DNA of 57,392 nt, the filler included, from Catajapyx aquilonaris (Eukaryota): NCBI GenBank assembly GCA_000934665.2. It is 2 parts of 2 records of this genome, joined end to end, with 100 filler letters (N's around TTAATTAATTAA, not from the genome) between each part and the next. Parts side by side here need not be neighbours in the genome. Positions count along the whole stretch, not along the records: positions 28,760 to 57,392 come from JYFJ02004893.1; 1 more part is not named here. One strand, 5' to 3'. Under the pieces are notes generated by a model that was not told the origin of the DNA, did no database searches, and worked only from the letters and a program-made list of their open reading frames with translations. The position numbers and the translations under genes were made by a program. The number at the start of each line of letters is the position of its first letter. Position 1 is the stretch's first letter. Of the stretch, positions 56,336 to 57,392 are shown piece by piece.

Positions 56336-57000
56336 TTATGTCCGAGTCTGTTGTATTCCAGTATAAGGAGTTTCTATTGGGTTAGCTTTTACCTGGGTAT
56401 GGTCAACGTTGATTATATGGATTCCGTCAATTGTTGTGACACGAGCCAAGGCTGCATAGGTTTGGCCGAGACAGAAAAGTGATGAGCCGATGTCGATTAG
56501 GGCAGTGTCTAAGCTCAAGCCGTGACTCTTGTGAATTGTGATGCCGTATAAGCTATCGTTATAGGGAACGGTTTTCTATAGACGAATGCTTTTGTTGTAA
56601 CTTCAAATTTGCTCTTTACAGGTCTTAAATCGTATTCCAATCCGAAAAAAAGTTGAATTTTTAGGGATTTTACTTTTTTTTGGAGTGTCTGGGTCGTACA
56701 TAACACTCAGTGCGGTATCCACTGCACCGTTAACCAACCCAAGAGTAACATCAATGTTTCTTCTTAACATAATCTTTGTGCCAAGTTTAATATAGTAATG
56801 TTTTTTTCTTTTCAAACCAGCCGTATTAGATTAGAACAACCCTCTTCGTACTTTTTGAGTATAGCCTATTGACTGGAGCATAGATCTGGGACAGTCCAAC
56901 GAGTCCTCAGCTTCCAGGATGATCTCAGGAGAGTTTATAGCTTCAAGTATGGCTTTATGTAAGACTTTGCACAATGTGGTTGGTTGGCAGCAAACTGGCA
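56336..57000 (-). pseudogene. Frameshifted PIF1-family helicase C-terminal fragment (Helitron/Helentron-like TE remnant)
   Basis: IKLGTKIMLRRNIDVTLGLVNG; RKPFPITIAY...TIHKSHGLSLD...FCLGQTYAALARV (PIF1 motifs V/VI), split across frames. Confidence 0.85.
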
Positions 57001-57169
57001 GGCTGGATAATTGCCTCGTAAGTTGATCGAATCAGCCAGTAGGATCAGTCGACGCGATATTCACGAGTCTCTCAGTAAGTAGGCTACCTGGATATCGTTA
57101 TTGGAAATTATTCCCAAACGTACACGGTAAAGCACAAATTCACTATTATTTTGCTGTCTCGTTATTTTA

Positions 57170-57294
57170 TTGTTAGTTCATCAACAATCGATCAACAATG
57201 CTAATAATCAGATCGATTGTTAGTGCATCAACAATCAATCAGCAATGTTAGTAATGAAATCAATTGTTAGTTCATCAACAATCGATCAACAATG
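57170..57294. repeat. Short tandem repeat, ~3 units of ~48 bp
   Basis: TGTTAGTTCATCAACAATCGATCAACAATG recurs three times. Confidence 0.75.
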
Positions 57295-57392
57295 GCTCAC
57301 ACCTTCCCGCCAAACATTTCCGCCTACATTACCGTTTCCCCCATCACTGCACATGCGCACAGTCCGCCAATGACTCCCAGCCATTCAAAAAA

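Overview
Eukaryotic, very likely arthropod/insect, genomic DNA: intron-rich genes in dense transposon debris, with a 100-nt assembly gap at 28660-28759. Five host genes can be reconstructed by hand from GT-AG sites and protein motifs: a complete beta-tubulin (+, 6125-12997), a 5'-partial G2E3/PHF7-like PHD/RING protein (-), a 5'-partial TMEM104 (+), a complete NTHL1 (-), and exon 1 of ALG8 (+, head-to-head with NTHL1). The strongest signal is in the beta-tubulin. Its exon 4 occurs as two tandem 168-nt, same-phase copies (canonical 4A; divergent 4B, 33/56 aa identical), separated by a 75-nt intron whose likely branch point lies only ~30 nt from the upstream donor, and an A/U hairpin covers the 4B donor. 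This looks like mutually exclusive splicing, recalling Drosophila betaTub97EF. The rest is more than 30 fold-back MITEs (many ending TA-CAGGGTG), mariner/Tc1/hAT remnants, nested insertions, tRNA-derived SINEs that share a 3' motif with a LINE remnant, and a PIF1-helicase (Helitron-like) remnant. All assignments are by eye, without database searches.
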